Assembly (NCBI GenBank): GCA_033762255.1
Contig: JANRLT010000053.1
Coordinates: forward strand, 4,803 to 68,802
Source: Pirellulales bacterium
GTDB lineage: Bacteria; Planctomycetota; Planctomycetia; Pirellulales; JALHPA01
DNA: 64,000 nt
Reading direction: 5' to 3'
In this document: positions 27,394 to 36,885 of the stretch, in pieces
How the letters are laid out: each line of letters opens with the position of its first letter
Numbering within the stretch: position 1 is the first letter of the stretch
Notes under the pieces: model-generated
Database searches by the model: none
Told to the model about the DNA's origin: nothing
Seen by the model: the letters and a program-made list of their open reading frames with translations, nothing else
Position numbers and translations under genes: made by a program

Positions 27394-27672
27394 GAATGAT
27401 TCCTGCGACCGGTTACTATCCAGACGCACTATTGTGAAAGAAGTTCGCCACTTCGTCAATTGGCAGGGAGGATTGCTGGGAATTACGAATTGAATGCAAA
27501 ATTCCGCAATCTCCAATCCTACTCCTGGCTTTCCCTCTTTCCGACGCTCCGCTGCGCGTCGAGACTAACCGGATTCCACCCGCCACATCCCGTCCACCGG
27601 CGGACTCAGGTCCGCCGCTCGCCCTCTCCCTAACCCCTGACCCCGAACCCCTGACCTCTAACCGTTGGCCAC

Positions 27673-27693
27673 GTCCCGTCCGGCGGACGGGAC
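27673..27693. repeat. PAL-1 copy 4
   Basis: GTCCCGTCCGGCGGACGGGAC followed by CTACTCC. A degenerate half-copy lies at about 27596-27615. Confidence 0.9.
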
Positions 27694-27780
27694 CTACTCC
27701 TTTTCCGCATCTCGCCACCTACGTGACACCTTTGTACAAAAAACAGCAAAAAAAATCTCCCCTAGGGCCTAAAATCGCCC

Positions 27781-27809
27781 TTGACCCCCCCGGCAGCTTC
27801 CCGTATCCT
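27781..27809 (+). promoter_or_regulatory. Sigma-70-like promoter candidate at the head of a non-coding stretch of about 380 nt
   Basis: TTGACC, a 17-nt spacer, then TATCCT. Confidence 0.25.
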
Positions 27810-28126
27810 CCCCGCACACTTGAGCGGAGGACCACTCGGTGCCCCCGCCCCACAAATTATCACGAAATTCGCCGGTGGATGGGCCTGCACGGGATTGATG
27901 GGGAGACCCAGGCAATCTGCGGGCCGGCAAGCGAACCTAACGGCAAGGACGCTGTTAGCCGCTTTGCTTACAAAAACCGCGGGTTGGCCCCGGCCCCCGC
28001 GTTGAATTTACCGCGTCCGGTCGGGAAAAACCTTGTTTTTCCGCCGGATGCCCCAAGACAAGTGATCGCGCAAGGATGGGCGAACAGGGGATGTTCCGCC
28101 AGGACTTGCGCCGTCGAGCGACACAC

Positions 28127-28190
28127 GCTCCCGGAAAACCACTGGAGTCCTCCGCCCCCCTGGGACCCTCGCTTTCCGGGAGCATTTTTT
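28127..28190 (+). terminator. Terminator-like long hairpin plus T-run, 180 nt upstream of the ECF sigma gene
   Basis: GCTCCCGGAAA (28127-37) and TTTCCGGGAGC (28173-83) are a perfect 11-bp complement, followed by ATTTTTTATT. The 35-nt loop is unusually large. Confidence 0.4.
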
Positions 28191-28369
28191 ATTAAATGCA
28201 GAAGTCTGAATAATGAATGCCGAATTGCGGCGGGTTTTTCAATAAATTTCAGTGCCTGACGGGAAATATCCGGGATTTAGATTTAATTCTCCCCCGTTTT
28301 CTAAACGATGTCCCTCGATTAAGCTAAATGAACGATTCATTTACTTTATAGACCCACGGCACTTAAAAA

Positions 28370-29020
28370 ATGTGGCCCGATAGCGACCAGACCCGCGAAC
28401 TGCTGGCTCAGGCCAAAGCGGGGCAAAGCGCGGCAATCAACGACCTTTTGGATCGGCACCGCGTGGCGTTGCGGCGGATGATTGACCTGCGGATGGACAA
28501 AGTGGTCCAGCGACGGGTGGACGCCAGCGATATCGTGCAGGATGTGTTGGTGGAGGCAAATCGCCGCCTGCGGGACTACCTGGATAATCCCTCCCTGCCG
28601 TTTCATTTGTGGCTGCGTAATATGGCGCGGGACCGGTTGATTGACGCCCATCGCCGCCATCGAGGGGCGGCCCGGCGCAGCATCGACCGCGAGCAGCCGC
28701 TGGTCGTGGCCCGTTTTTTGGATCAATCGACGATGGACCTGGGGGCGGAAATCGCCGACCGCGAATTGACCCCCGCCGCCGCCGCCACCTGGCACGAATT
28801 GCAGCGCCGCTTTCAAGATGCCATCGACACCCTGGACGATCAGGACCGCGAGGTCGTGTTGATGCGGCACTTTGAGCACCTTTCCAATAGCGAAGTCGCC
28901 ACCACGCTGGGGCTCAGCGAACCCGCCGCGGGGATGCGGTATTTACGCGCAATGCGCCGTCTGCGCGAAAAACTCGACGCCAAGCCGGAAGGCACTAACG
29001 CGCCGGGGGAAAGTGATTGA
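28370..29020 (+). CDS. ECF-type RNA polymerase sigma-70 family factor
   Basis: 216 aa. Region-2-like DASDIVQDVLVEANRRL..., and region-4 HTH DREVVLMRHFEHLSNSEVATTLGLSEPAAGMRYLRAMRRLR. Confidence 0.85.
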   Translation: MWPDSDQTRELLAQAKAGQSAAINDLLDRHRVALRRMIDLRMDKVVQRRVDASDIVQDVLVEANRRLRDYLDNPSLPFHLWLRNMARDRLIDAHRRHRGAARRSIDREQPLVVARFLDQSTMDLGAEIADRELTPAAAATWHELQRRFQDAIDTLDDQDREVVLMRHFEHLSNSEVATTLGLSEPAAGMRYLRAMRRLREKLDAKPEGTNAPGESD

Positions 29021-29125
29021 ACCAAGCTTGAATTTCCCGCGCGGCTCAATACGCAACGCAGGTTGCGTGGTACCGGCTTCAGCCCGTAAATCAAGAGTTA
29101 TACACTTTGTTGTAAGCAAGAATAT

Positions 29126-29275
29126 GAATCAGGCCGTTGGCCCTTCGATTCATTTCTTTCCTTTTACCTAGGGCGACGCTGCGCTTGCCCTAGGCTGGAA
29201 TAAGTTGGGCCGTTGGCCCACAAGTTTAAATGGCCGTTGGCCCACAAGGTGCAAACCCGTTTGCACGCAAGTATA
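29126..29275. repeat. Composite repeat, copy 2 (different distal end)
   Basis: GAATCAGGCCGTTGGCCCTTCG...CCTAGGGCGACGCTGCGCTTGCCCTAGGCTGGAATAAGTTGGGCCGTTGGCCCACAAG...GGCCGTTGGCCCACAAGG. Confidence 0.85.
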
Positions 29276-29327
29276 CACTACTCGACCTAAACCTCCCGCG
29301 TCCCACCTCCCGTCTCCCGCCTTACCA

Positions 29328-29348
29328 GTCCCGTCCGGCGGACGGGAC
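29328..29348. repeat. PAL-1 copy 5
   Basis: TACCAGTCCCGTCCGGCGGACGGGACCTACTCC, 42 nt upstream of the kinase ATG. Confidence 0.9.
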
Positions 29349-29389
29349 CTACTCCCACCTCCCGCCTCCTTCTCCCACTCTCTCCCGTC

Positions 29390-31090
29390 ATGCCTCCTTC
29401 TTCCGCCACTAGCGCCCCGCCAATCAACCCGGATCAGCGCGACGAGCTTTTGGCGGAACTCTTGGACCAAATGACCCAGCGGGCCAAGCTCGGCGAATCT
29501 CCCCAGATCGAACAACTTACCCAGCGGTATCCCGATCTGGCCCGCGACCTGCGCGAACTCTGGGCGGCGGTGATGATAGCCGACGCGGTGGGTGGCAGCA
29601 CGCAAATGTTTGCCGCGGAACAGCGGAGCCAAGGATTGCCGGGGCAGCCGCGACAATTCACCGATTCCGGTTTTTTCAGCCAACCCCTCCCCTGCAAAAT
29701 TGGCGATTTTGAACTGCTCTGCGAACTAGGGCGCGGGGGGATGGGCGTGGTTTATCAAGCCCGCCAAATCAGCCTGGACCGGATGGTCGCGTTAAAAATG
29801 GTGTTGCGCGGATCGAACGCGACTGCGGCGGATTTGGCCCGTTTTCGCGCGGAAGCCGAAGCCGTGGCCAAACTGGATCATCCGCATATTGTGCCGGTGT
29901 ACGAGGTGGGGGAATTGCAGGGACAGCCCTACTTTAGCATGAAGTTTGTGGCGGGTACCACCCTTGCCCGCCAGCTAAACGATGGGCCGCTTCCCCCGCG
30001 CGAGGCGGCGGAAATTTTGGCGCCGATTTGCCGCGCGATCCACTTTGCCCATCAACAAGGATTATTGCACCGCGACTTAAAACCCTCAAATATTTTACTG
30101 GACCTCGAGGGTCGTTCGCATGTGACGGACTTTGGCCTGGCCAAGCGGATTACCGACGACGCCGCGCTCACCCATACCGGCGCGATTCTGGGAACGCCCA
30201 GCTATATGGCTCCAGAGCAAGCGGCTGGAAACAGGGGAGAGATAGGCCCGGCGAGCGATGTCTATTCGCTGGGAACGATCCTTTATGCCATGTTGACGGG
30301 CAGGCCGCCTTTTCAGGCGGCGACACCGCTGGACACGATTTTGCTTGTCCTGGAACAAGAGCCGCTCCCCCCCCGTTTATTGAACGCCAAGGCGGACCGC
30401 GATCTGGAACTCATTGCGCTCAAGGCCCTGCAAAAACCCCCGGAGCTACGCTACCCCACGGCCCTGGCCCTGGCCCAGGACCTAGAGGCCTATCTGGCGG
30501 GAGAAACCATCAGCGCCCGGAGCGGCGGCTTTTCCGAAGTCTTTATGCGCGTCTTTCGCGAGACGCACCACGCCACGGTCCTGCGCAATTGGGGACTCTT
30601 GTGGATGTGGCATAGCGTGGTGCTGCTGGCTATTTGCCTGGTGACCAATTGGCTGGCCTGGGAGCATGTCTCCCAGCGTTGGCCGTATTTGTTGTTATGG
30701 AGCGGCGGATTCTCTATCTGGGCGCCCATCTTTTGGGCGTTGCGTTATCGGACCGGGCCGGTCACCGCCATCGAACGGCAAATCGCGCATGTCTGGGGAG
30801 GCAGCGTCGTCGCCAGTATTTTACTCTTTGGCGTGGAGTATGTGCTGAACGAACCCGTCCTGAAACTTTCGCCCGTGCTGGCGCTGATTAGCGGCATGGT
30901 CTTTACGATCAAAGCCGGCATGCTTAGCGGCAAATTTTATATCCAGGCGACCGTCCTTTTTGCCACGGCGCTGATCATGGCCCGCTGGCCCGAATGGGGG
31001 CATACCATCTTTGGCCTGGTGTCGGCGGGATGCTTTTTTATTCCCGGCTGGCTGTACTATCACGAACGCTTGCGGGCCCAACTGGAATAG
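29390..31090 (+). CDS. Ser/Thr protein kinase with a C-terminal multi-TM domain
   Basis: LGRGGMGVVYQA, VALKMV, HRDLKPSNILL, DFGLAK and SYMAPEQ (Hanks motifs), followed by about 5 hydrophobic helices (LLWMWHSVVLLAICLV...). Confidence 0.9.
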   Translation: MPPSSATSAPPINPDQRDELLAELLDQMTQRAKLGESPQIEQLTQRYPDLARDLRELWAAVMIADAVGGSTQMFAAEQRSQGLPGQPRQFTDSGFFSQPLPCKIGDFELLCELGRGGMGVVYQARQISLDRMVALKMVLRGSNATAADLARFRAEAEAVAKLDHPHIVPVYEVGELQGQPYFSMKFVAGTTLARQLNDGPLPPREAAEILAPICRAIHFAHQQGLLHRDLKPSNILLDLEGRSHVTDFGLAKRITDDAALTHTGAILGTPSYMAPEQAAGNRGEIGPASDVYSLGTILYAMLTGRPPFQAATPLDTILLVLEQEPLPPRLLNAKADRDLELIALKALQKPPELRYPTALALAQDLEAYLAGETISARSGGFSEVFMRVFRETHHATVLRNWGLLWMWHSVVLLAICLVTNWLAWEHVSQRWPYLLLWSGGFSIWAPIFWALRYRTGPVTAIERQIAHVWGGSVVASILLFGVEYVLNEPVLKLSPVLALISGMVFTIKAGMLSGKFYIQATVLFATALIMARWPEWGHTIFGLVSAGCFFIPGWLYYHERLRAQLE

Positions 31091-31155
31091 CCCAAGCGCG
31101 AGGCTTTGCCCGCTACCTAGGGGATTGGCGGATCAATTACTTTTGATTCATGTGG

Positions 31156-31330
31156 ATGAATCGGGCCGATGGCCCTTCCAGAAAATATTTCCCATGAACT
31201 GCGCTTGCCCTAGGCTGGGATAGGTTGGGCCTTTGGCCCACAAAGGCTTAAACTCTTTTGGCTTATAAATGCTTTGGCAACAAAAAAAAGCATTGCGCGG
31301 TGGGGAGATTTGAAAGGTTATTAGTGCACC
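31156..31330. repeat. Composite repeat, copy 3
   Basis: GAATCGGGCCGATGGCCCTTCC...CTGCGCTTGCCCTAGGCTGGGATAGGTTGGGCCTTTGGCCCACAAAGG...GATTTGAAAGGTTATTAGTGC. Confidence 0.85.
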
Positions 31331-31626
31331 AACACCAGAATACAATAAAAAACACCGACAACGGAAATCCGCAGCCGGTGTTATCCCCTAATTGCTGGCC
31401 GGAGCTTTCTTGCGAAAGGTTAAATAACCGGACAGTCCCCCCGAACGCTAACTCTCTAATGATATTTCAAGCGGGAGAATTCATACAAACCTAATACTTT
31501 ATTGACACAATTTTCATTTATGTCAAGCAATGGGTGAGTAATAAGCAGTTTTTATGGCGAATTCTGCGGAAATAGGCAAATAACAGCGATATACCATCAT
31601 ATTTGGGGTAATTACCGGCTCTGGAC

Positions 31627-31926
31627 CTATAGCTCCAGTTCCATCAATGCCGTTCCTAACAATTTTCCCTGCGTGTCAATGCGGGGGGATTGGCTGGCTC
31701 CTCCCGCTAGCACATTCTCTAGGACAAAGTTTAACCCCTGCACGAGGGGCAATTCGTAACGCGTGACACGTGTCGCCTGCAAGCCCACAAAATACAAAGC
31801 CACGCGGGCCTCGGTCAGCTTTTGCCGTAATAGCGCATAGTCGGCAGGTTGCCGGGCCACCACACCGATATTGGCATGGTTTCCCTTGTCTCCGCTGCGG
31901 GCAATGGCAATTTCTTTAAGTTTCAT
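31627..31926 (-). CDS. AtuA-like C-terminal (ferredoxin-fold) domain protein
   Basis: 99 aa: IAIARSGDKGNHANIGVVAR...RYELPLVQGLNFVLENVLAGGASQSPRIDTQGK. It matches the C-terminal domain normally fused to DUF1446/AtuA proteins and lies downstream of the DUF1446 gene. Confidence 0.6.
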   Translation of the reverse strand: MKLKEIAIARSGDKGNHANIGVVARQPADYALLRQKLTEARVALYFVGLQATRVTRYELPLVQGLNFVLENVLAGGASQSPRIDTQGKLLGTALMELEL

Positions 31927-32112
31927 GTGTGGCGCGGATTTTAGTTCCTAGTATTGACTCTTAAATCAGCTACGCTTAACGAATTTTCGCTGTTAGCAAA
32001 TCCCTTGCGGGCCAATGGCACTTTAACCCTTATGGGCCAACGGCCCGATTCATCATCATTGGCCACAACGTCATCTGACATTCAATGCTATTACCCTTGA
32101 CCTGCGGTGAAA

Positions 32113-33495
32113 CTATTCTATCGCCCATTGTGAGGCGGATTTTACCTCTATGGTTGGTGTGCACAGGTCCTTGGGCACAAGGGTCGGCCAATAGGCGTAA
32201 CAGGGGCGGACCTCGGGTTTGCCCGCGGCATAACCCGCCAGGCCCGCCGGTCCACTGGTAATCAGCGGGGCAAATTCCCGCGTAAATCGCTCTACAGCTT
32301 GGGGGGTATCGGCGGCGGCGGTAATGCGTAACACAACTTCCGGCGGGGTTGCCCCAGAAACGCCCCCCGGCACGCCCACCCCCGTCCCCAGGCATTCCAC
32401 GTGGAATTGGCGTAATTTAGCTCCCGCTTTTTCCACGCGATGGCGTAGGATGTCCGCACAGGCCCGGGCTTTTGTTACACAATCCGGTCCCCAAACCAGC
32501 AATTGTCCCGTGGCGGTATAGCCCGCGGCGTAAGCCAGCGACACCTTGTAAAAATCGGTGGGTGGCGTGCCGCCGCAGCCGATCACGCCCACGCGGTCCG
32601 CGCCGCGGCGTTGCAATTCAACGGTGGCAAAGTTGGCACAGATGTCGGGGGTGAGGTAATTCGCCGGATCACCAATCTCGTATAGCAGTTGCGCGGCCAC
32701 GGTGGTCGTGGTGACCGCGCCGCCGGTGCCGGGGGGTTTGGTGATGACGACATCGCCGTGGGCGTCCAGTTCGGCGACGGGGTAGCCGACATCGGCCAGG
32801 TTGATGTCTTGATATTCATCCAGATAACCGCCGGTGACCTGCGCGCCGCATTCAATCAGATGTCCAGCGACGGTGGCGGCGGCCAGGCGGGGCCAGTCGT
32901 CCCATTTCCAGCCAAATTCGTGCATCGCCGGGCCAACGCACAGAGAGGCATCCGCCACGCGGCCGGTGATGACAATTTGCGCCTCTTGGGCGAGCGCCGC
33001 GACGATAGGCTGCGCCCCTAGATACGCATTTGCCGCGACCAACGGGGCGGAAAGACTACTGAGTGGAGCGCCGGTGTCGAGATTGATAAAGGGGTTCCCT
33101 GCGGCCAGCAATTCTGGAATGCGCGGCAAGAGGTCGTCCCCGGCCATGAGTGCCAGCGTGGTGTTTCCCCGACCGGCGGCGTGCAGGACTTTTCCCGCCG
33201 CGCGCACGCAGGCCAGGGGATTGACCCCCCCGGCGTTCGTCACAATTTTTAGGTTTTCATGCTCAGGCCACGTGGGCAAGAGCGACGTCAGGACCGTGAT
33301 AAAATCCGTCGCGTAGCCCGCTTGGGGGTTTTTTTGCTTGAGTCTGGCCAGGACCGACATGGTTAATTCGGCCAAATATTCTAGCGTCAGGTAATGCAGC
33401 GGCGCATCTCCGGCCTGAGACTGGGCCACGGTCAATCGCGGCGCGTCCAGGTTATCCCCCCAAAATCCAGCGGCATTGGCAATGCGGAGTGGCAT
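32113..33495 (-). CDS. Acyclic terpene utilisation AtuA-family (DUF1446) protein
   Basis: 460 aa starting MPLRIANAAGFWGDNLDAP...YLTLEYLAELTMS, with ITGRVADASL and HLIECGAQVTGG. This layout is typical of DUF1446. Confidence 0.7.
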   Translation of the reverse strand: MPLRIANAAGFWGDNLDAPRLTVAQSQAGDAPLHYLTLEYLAELTMSVLARLKQKNPQAGYATDFITVLTSLLPTWPEHENLKIVTNAGGVNPLACVRAAGKVLHAAGRGNTTLALMAGDDLLPRIPELLAAGNPFINLDTGAPLSSLSAPLVAANAYLGAQPIVAALAQEAQIVITGRVADASLCVGPAMHEFGWKWDDWPRLAAATVAGHLIECGAQVTGGYLDEYQDINLADVGYPVAELDAHGDVVITKPPGTGGAVTTTTVAAQLLYEIGDPANYLTPDICANFATVELQRRGADRVGVIGCGGTPPTDFYKVSLAYAAGYTATGQLLVWGPDCVTKARACADILRHRVEKAGAKLRQFHVECLGTGVGVPGGVSGATPPEVVLRITAAADTPQAVERFTREFAPLITSGPAGLAGYAAGKPEVRPCYAYWPTLVPKDLCTPTIEVKSASQWAIE

Positions 33496-33646
33496 GGGGG
33501 TATTTTACCGTGCTGGCCGGTTAGCGGGCTAGCGGAGGTTGCAAGAGACGAGAGATGGGAGGCGGGGGCAGCTCGTTGCGCTCGGTCTTCCACCACCCCA
33601 TGCCGCAGAGGGACATTTGGTAGTCAACTCCATTCCTTCATTCCTC

Positions 33647-36097
33647 TCATTCTTCTTGCTCAAACACCGTGGTCCGGTCCAATCCCGCGGGGTGCGTGGC
33701 CGCCCCACCTTGGCCCGGTGAAGTCGGCGGCCGGGGATTTTGCTTGGTTGCGGCGCTAGCGCCCAGGGTTGTCGGTGCCGTGGCCGTCAAGGGCGTCCCG
33801 GGTGTTGATTTTGGCAGCGGATGTTGCTCGGTCATGACGGAGTTGGCCGATGAATCCCCCTCCGTCGATTGTCCCTGACCCCGATCATGGCGGCTCCACC
33901 ACGCTTCGGCGTCCTCGGTCGTCCAGATGGCGGGGACGCGGTCCAGTAAACCCGCCAGATCGCGCGCAGTTTGCGGTCGTTTGGACCGGCTTTTTTCCAG
34001 GCAAGCCAATATGGCATACTCCAGCTCGTGCGAAATGGCCCGCCCCGCCCGCGCACCCGGAGACACCGGCACTGCGGTTAAATGCTGCTGGCACAGTTCG
34101 CCCAGCGTTTTTGCCTGAAACACGGTTTGCCCCGTTAAGAGAAAATATCCCACAGCGCCGACGGCGTACAGGTCGCTGCAGGCATCGACCGCGGCGGGCG
34201 TTTGGATCGCCTCGGGGGACATGTACAGCGGTGTGCCGGACATTTCTCCCCGCCCCCCGCGCCCCGCGCCTGGTTCCTCAACCGTTTTGACCAGGCCAAA
34301 GTCCAGCACCTTGACCACGTCCGGCTCTCCTCCGCGACGATTTAGCATGATATTTGCCGGTTTAATGTCGCGGTGCACCAGCCCCTGGCTATGGGCTTCA
34401 AACAATGACGCGCAGACCTGCTTTAAGATTAGCGCCACCCGCCCTTCGGGTTGCGGTCCATATTGGTCCACCAGCGCCTGCAGGTTGATTCCATCCAGAA
34501 ACTCCATCGCGTAATAAAAAATTCCCTCCGGCGTCCGGCCAAAATCATAAATTGCGATCGTATGCGGATTGTTCAACTGGCATGTGATCTGCACCTCGCG
34601 CTCAAAACGGGCGATCGCCTCTTCGGTCACGCTGGCCACATCCAACATTTTTATCGCCGTGGGACGACGCAACATGGCGTGTTGGCCGCGGTATACCACG
34701 CCCATAGCTCCAGAGCCAAGCTTGTCCAGCAGGCGATACTGGCCTAATTGCTTGGCCTCCATTGCGGCGGATTGGGCTTGTTTACGCAACCGCGAGACAA
34801 TGACGGTAAAGACAAAAATCGCAACCGCGCCGATCGCCAAAAGCGCGTACAGCGCGTTAAATGTCCAATTTAGGATAGAAAGCGGGCGATACGCCTCGGC
34901 GGAATTGACCTCGGTAATCAGGCCCAGGTTATACTTTGGCAGCCAGGTCCAGGCCCCGACTGACGGCACACCGCGGTAATTGCGATACCCATCCAGGTTG
35001 ATTCCCTTTTCACCGCTGATCGCCTGCGCGGCGGGATAGGTTAGGGGCAGCTCGCGCCGGCGGAGCTCGGGACGAAAGCCCGTCGTCAAGTCGCCACCGG
35101 GATCGCGCACTTGCACGGTCAATAGCGAGCGGGCGTCGTCGATGTCGGGTAATAAGCCTAATTGTATGAGTTCTTCGTCAAAGCGGCCGTTAGAGACCAT
35201 ATATCCTTGCGCATTAATCGCATAGGATTCCCCCGTATCGCCCAAGCGACCTTGTTGCAAAATATCGGTAAATTCGTCTTCCGGGCGGATGCGCAACGCC
35301 AGCACGGCGATGGTTTGCAAATTTTCGTCGATGATTGGCGCGCTCACAAACATGGTGGGCGTCCCGGTGCGCAATCTTCCCTGCCTATCTTTTAATAACA
35401 CCACACTGCCAAACGGTGGCGAAACTGTTGTTTGGCCAGTTAGGGCGGGAGACAAAAATTTCTCGTAGTCGGGAATCCTTTGCCCAATCAGGCCTGGCGT
35501 ATGGGCCGCAATAATTTGCAAATTTTGATCCGCCACGACATAGCCCGCGTACCCATGCGGGGCCAGCATATGATCCAGGGCCTGTGCCAACTGGCGGCGG
35601 ATTTGCGCGGCGGAGGTCTCATCCGCGTCTCTGGGCGATGCGACTGTCGGCGCGGGGTCATCACCCGCTGCGGGGGGCTGGTCCCGCATTTCCACCAGCT
35701 TTGCCACCAGTTGCCGTACCGTCGCCTGATTTGCCAGCGTCTGTGCGTTGGCTTCTTGTGCCCGCAGCCATTTCTCCAGCATGGTCTGTTGCACATTTAA
35801 GACCGTGGTCAGCCCCGATTGCAAATTGTGCCGCATCGTGCCGCGGATCAAGCTGCTCACCGTATAGCCAATCACCCCCAATAACAGCACCGCCAGAATC
35901 GGCCATATCCACAATTGACGCTTGAGCAGCACCCCTGTGCGAGCCAGGCTGCGCCCCACCAGGGATTGGCCAAAGGTCATGTGGGCGTGAGCCGCTTCTT
36001 CCCCAGGGCGAGTACGTCCGAACCAGGAAGCCAGCCAATTCCACATATATGCAGCGTCAAGTAACGGTAAACGAACAAAAGGGGTCTCAAACACCAA
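33647..36097 (-). CDS. Sensor Ser/Thr protein kinase (TM, about 330-aa extracytoplasmic Cache-like region, TM, kinase, Pro-rich tail)
   Basis: LGSGAMGVVYRG, AIKML, HRDIKPANIML, DFGLVK and LYMSPEA. There are two TM helices (WPILAVLLLGVIGYTV; ALYALLAIGAVAIFVFTVIV). Confidence 0.85.
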   Translation of the reverse strand: MVFETPFVRLPLLDAAYMWNWLASWFGRTRPGEEAAHAHMTFGQSLVGRSLARTGVLLKRQLWIWPILAVLLLGVIGYTVSSLIRGTMRHNLQSGLTTVLNVQQTMLEKWLRAQEANAQTLANQATVRQLVAKLVEMRDQPPAAGDDPAPTVASPRDADETSAAQIRRQLAQALDHMLAPHGYAGYVVADQNLQIIAAHTPGLIGQRIPDYEKFLSPALTGQTTVSPPFGSVVLLKDRQGRLRTGTPTMFVSAPIIDENLQTIAVLALRIRPEDEFTDILQQGRLGDTGESYAINAQGYMVSNGRFDEELIQLGLLPDIDDARSLLTVQVRDPGGDLTTGFRPELRRRELPLTYPAAQAISGEKGINLDGYRNYRGVPSVGAWTWLPKYNLGLITEVNSAEAYRPLSILNWTFNALYALLAIGAVAIFVFTVIVSRLRKQAQSAAMEAKQLGQYRLLDKLGSGAMGVVYRGQHAMLRRPTAIKMLDVASVTEEAIARFEREVQITCQLNNPHTIAIYDFGRTPEGIFYYAMEFLDGINLQALVDQYGPQPEGRVALILKQVCASLFEAHSQGLVHRDIKPANIMLNRRGGEPDVVKVLDFGLVKTVEEPGAGRGGRGEMSGTPLYMSPEAIQTPAAVDACSDLYAVGAVGYFLLTGQTVFQAKTLGELCQQHLTAVPVSPGARAGRAISHELEYAILACLEKSRSKRPQTARDLAGLLDRVPAIWTTEDAEAWWSRHDRGQGQSTEGDSSANSVMTEQHPLPKSTPGTPLTATAPTTLGASAATKQNPRPPTSPGQGGAATHPAGLDRTTVFEQEE

Positions 36098-36885
36098 ACA
36101 TTGATAGTAATTGGGAAAAAACGGGGGAACAAGCGCGCGGGATGGGGCGAAGTCGATTGGTATAAAAATTTTTAGGCCCTATTTGGACAAAAGACTTGAC
36201 AGAAAATATACGTTAGTACACCATAGCGGTCGGACTGCCAAAAAATCAAACGCGGCAGCGCCCGAGGGATGACCGTCAAATGTGATTTGGTGGAGTAGAT
36301 GTTGGTTATTGTTCCACTGGAAACTTTGGAAAAGGCGGGCTTCCTCCGTTTTTTCCCGCGTATGAATCAGGCCGTTGGCCATTGTAGTGTGTTGCTTGCC
36401 GTTTTCTTACGGAGAGGAGGCATTTGCCCGGTGCCGCGTTATCCCGCCACCACGTTTTACCCAGGCAGAGACTGAGCGGGCCTATGGTTTGAGAAAAATC
36501 ACATGCTTGTAGCGCACAGAGGCATGAACATGCAGGAATTTTAACTCAAGGCGTGGAATTTTGGTATTTCTCGCGCCGCTGGCCAGCGGGGCGTGACGTT
36601 CGGCGTCGGGTTATCGACAACGCACGGCAAGCAGGATCCCTCAAAAAAATTCTCCCGGGAGGCCATGTTTTCAAAATTTTTTTAATAAACCACGAAAAAT
36701 GCGGAAAAAAATGATTATGAACATTTGTCACGTTGGACATAAGCTGGGCAACCACCTGTGTTATGATCTTTTCCCTCAGCCACGGAGAAGCCCCGGGGCA
36801 GGGCTTTTCCGGGGATGACACATTTTTGACAATCTGTTGGACCAATGCGTCTTTTCAACTTTTGTCTGAGTGGGAGTTTCGCCGT

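Noticed and set aside
27238-27516. 92-aa ORF overlapping tRNA-Ala
   Set aside because: It is the antisense or overlapping frame of a well-formed tRNA gene.
27816-28190. Identification of the structured non-coding stretch as RNase P RNA, tmRNA, SRP RNA or 6S RNA
   Set aside because: It lacks GAGGAAAGTCC / ACAGAACCCGGCTTA (RNase P). It has no tRNA-like GGTTCGA T-arm or acceptor end (tmRNA). It has no GTCAGGTCCGGAAGGAAGCAGC (SRP). It is therefore kept only as an unclassified candidate.
36733-36885. 51-codon N-terminal extension of the WYL regulator ORF
   Set aside because: The extension is hydrophobic or Cys-rich, unlike HTH regulators. The HTH begins right after the internal ATG at 36886.
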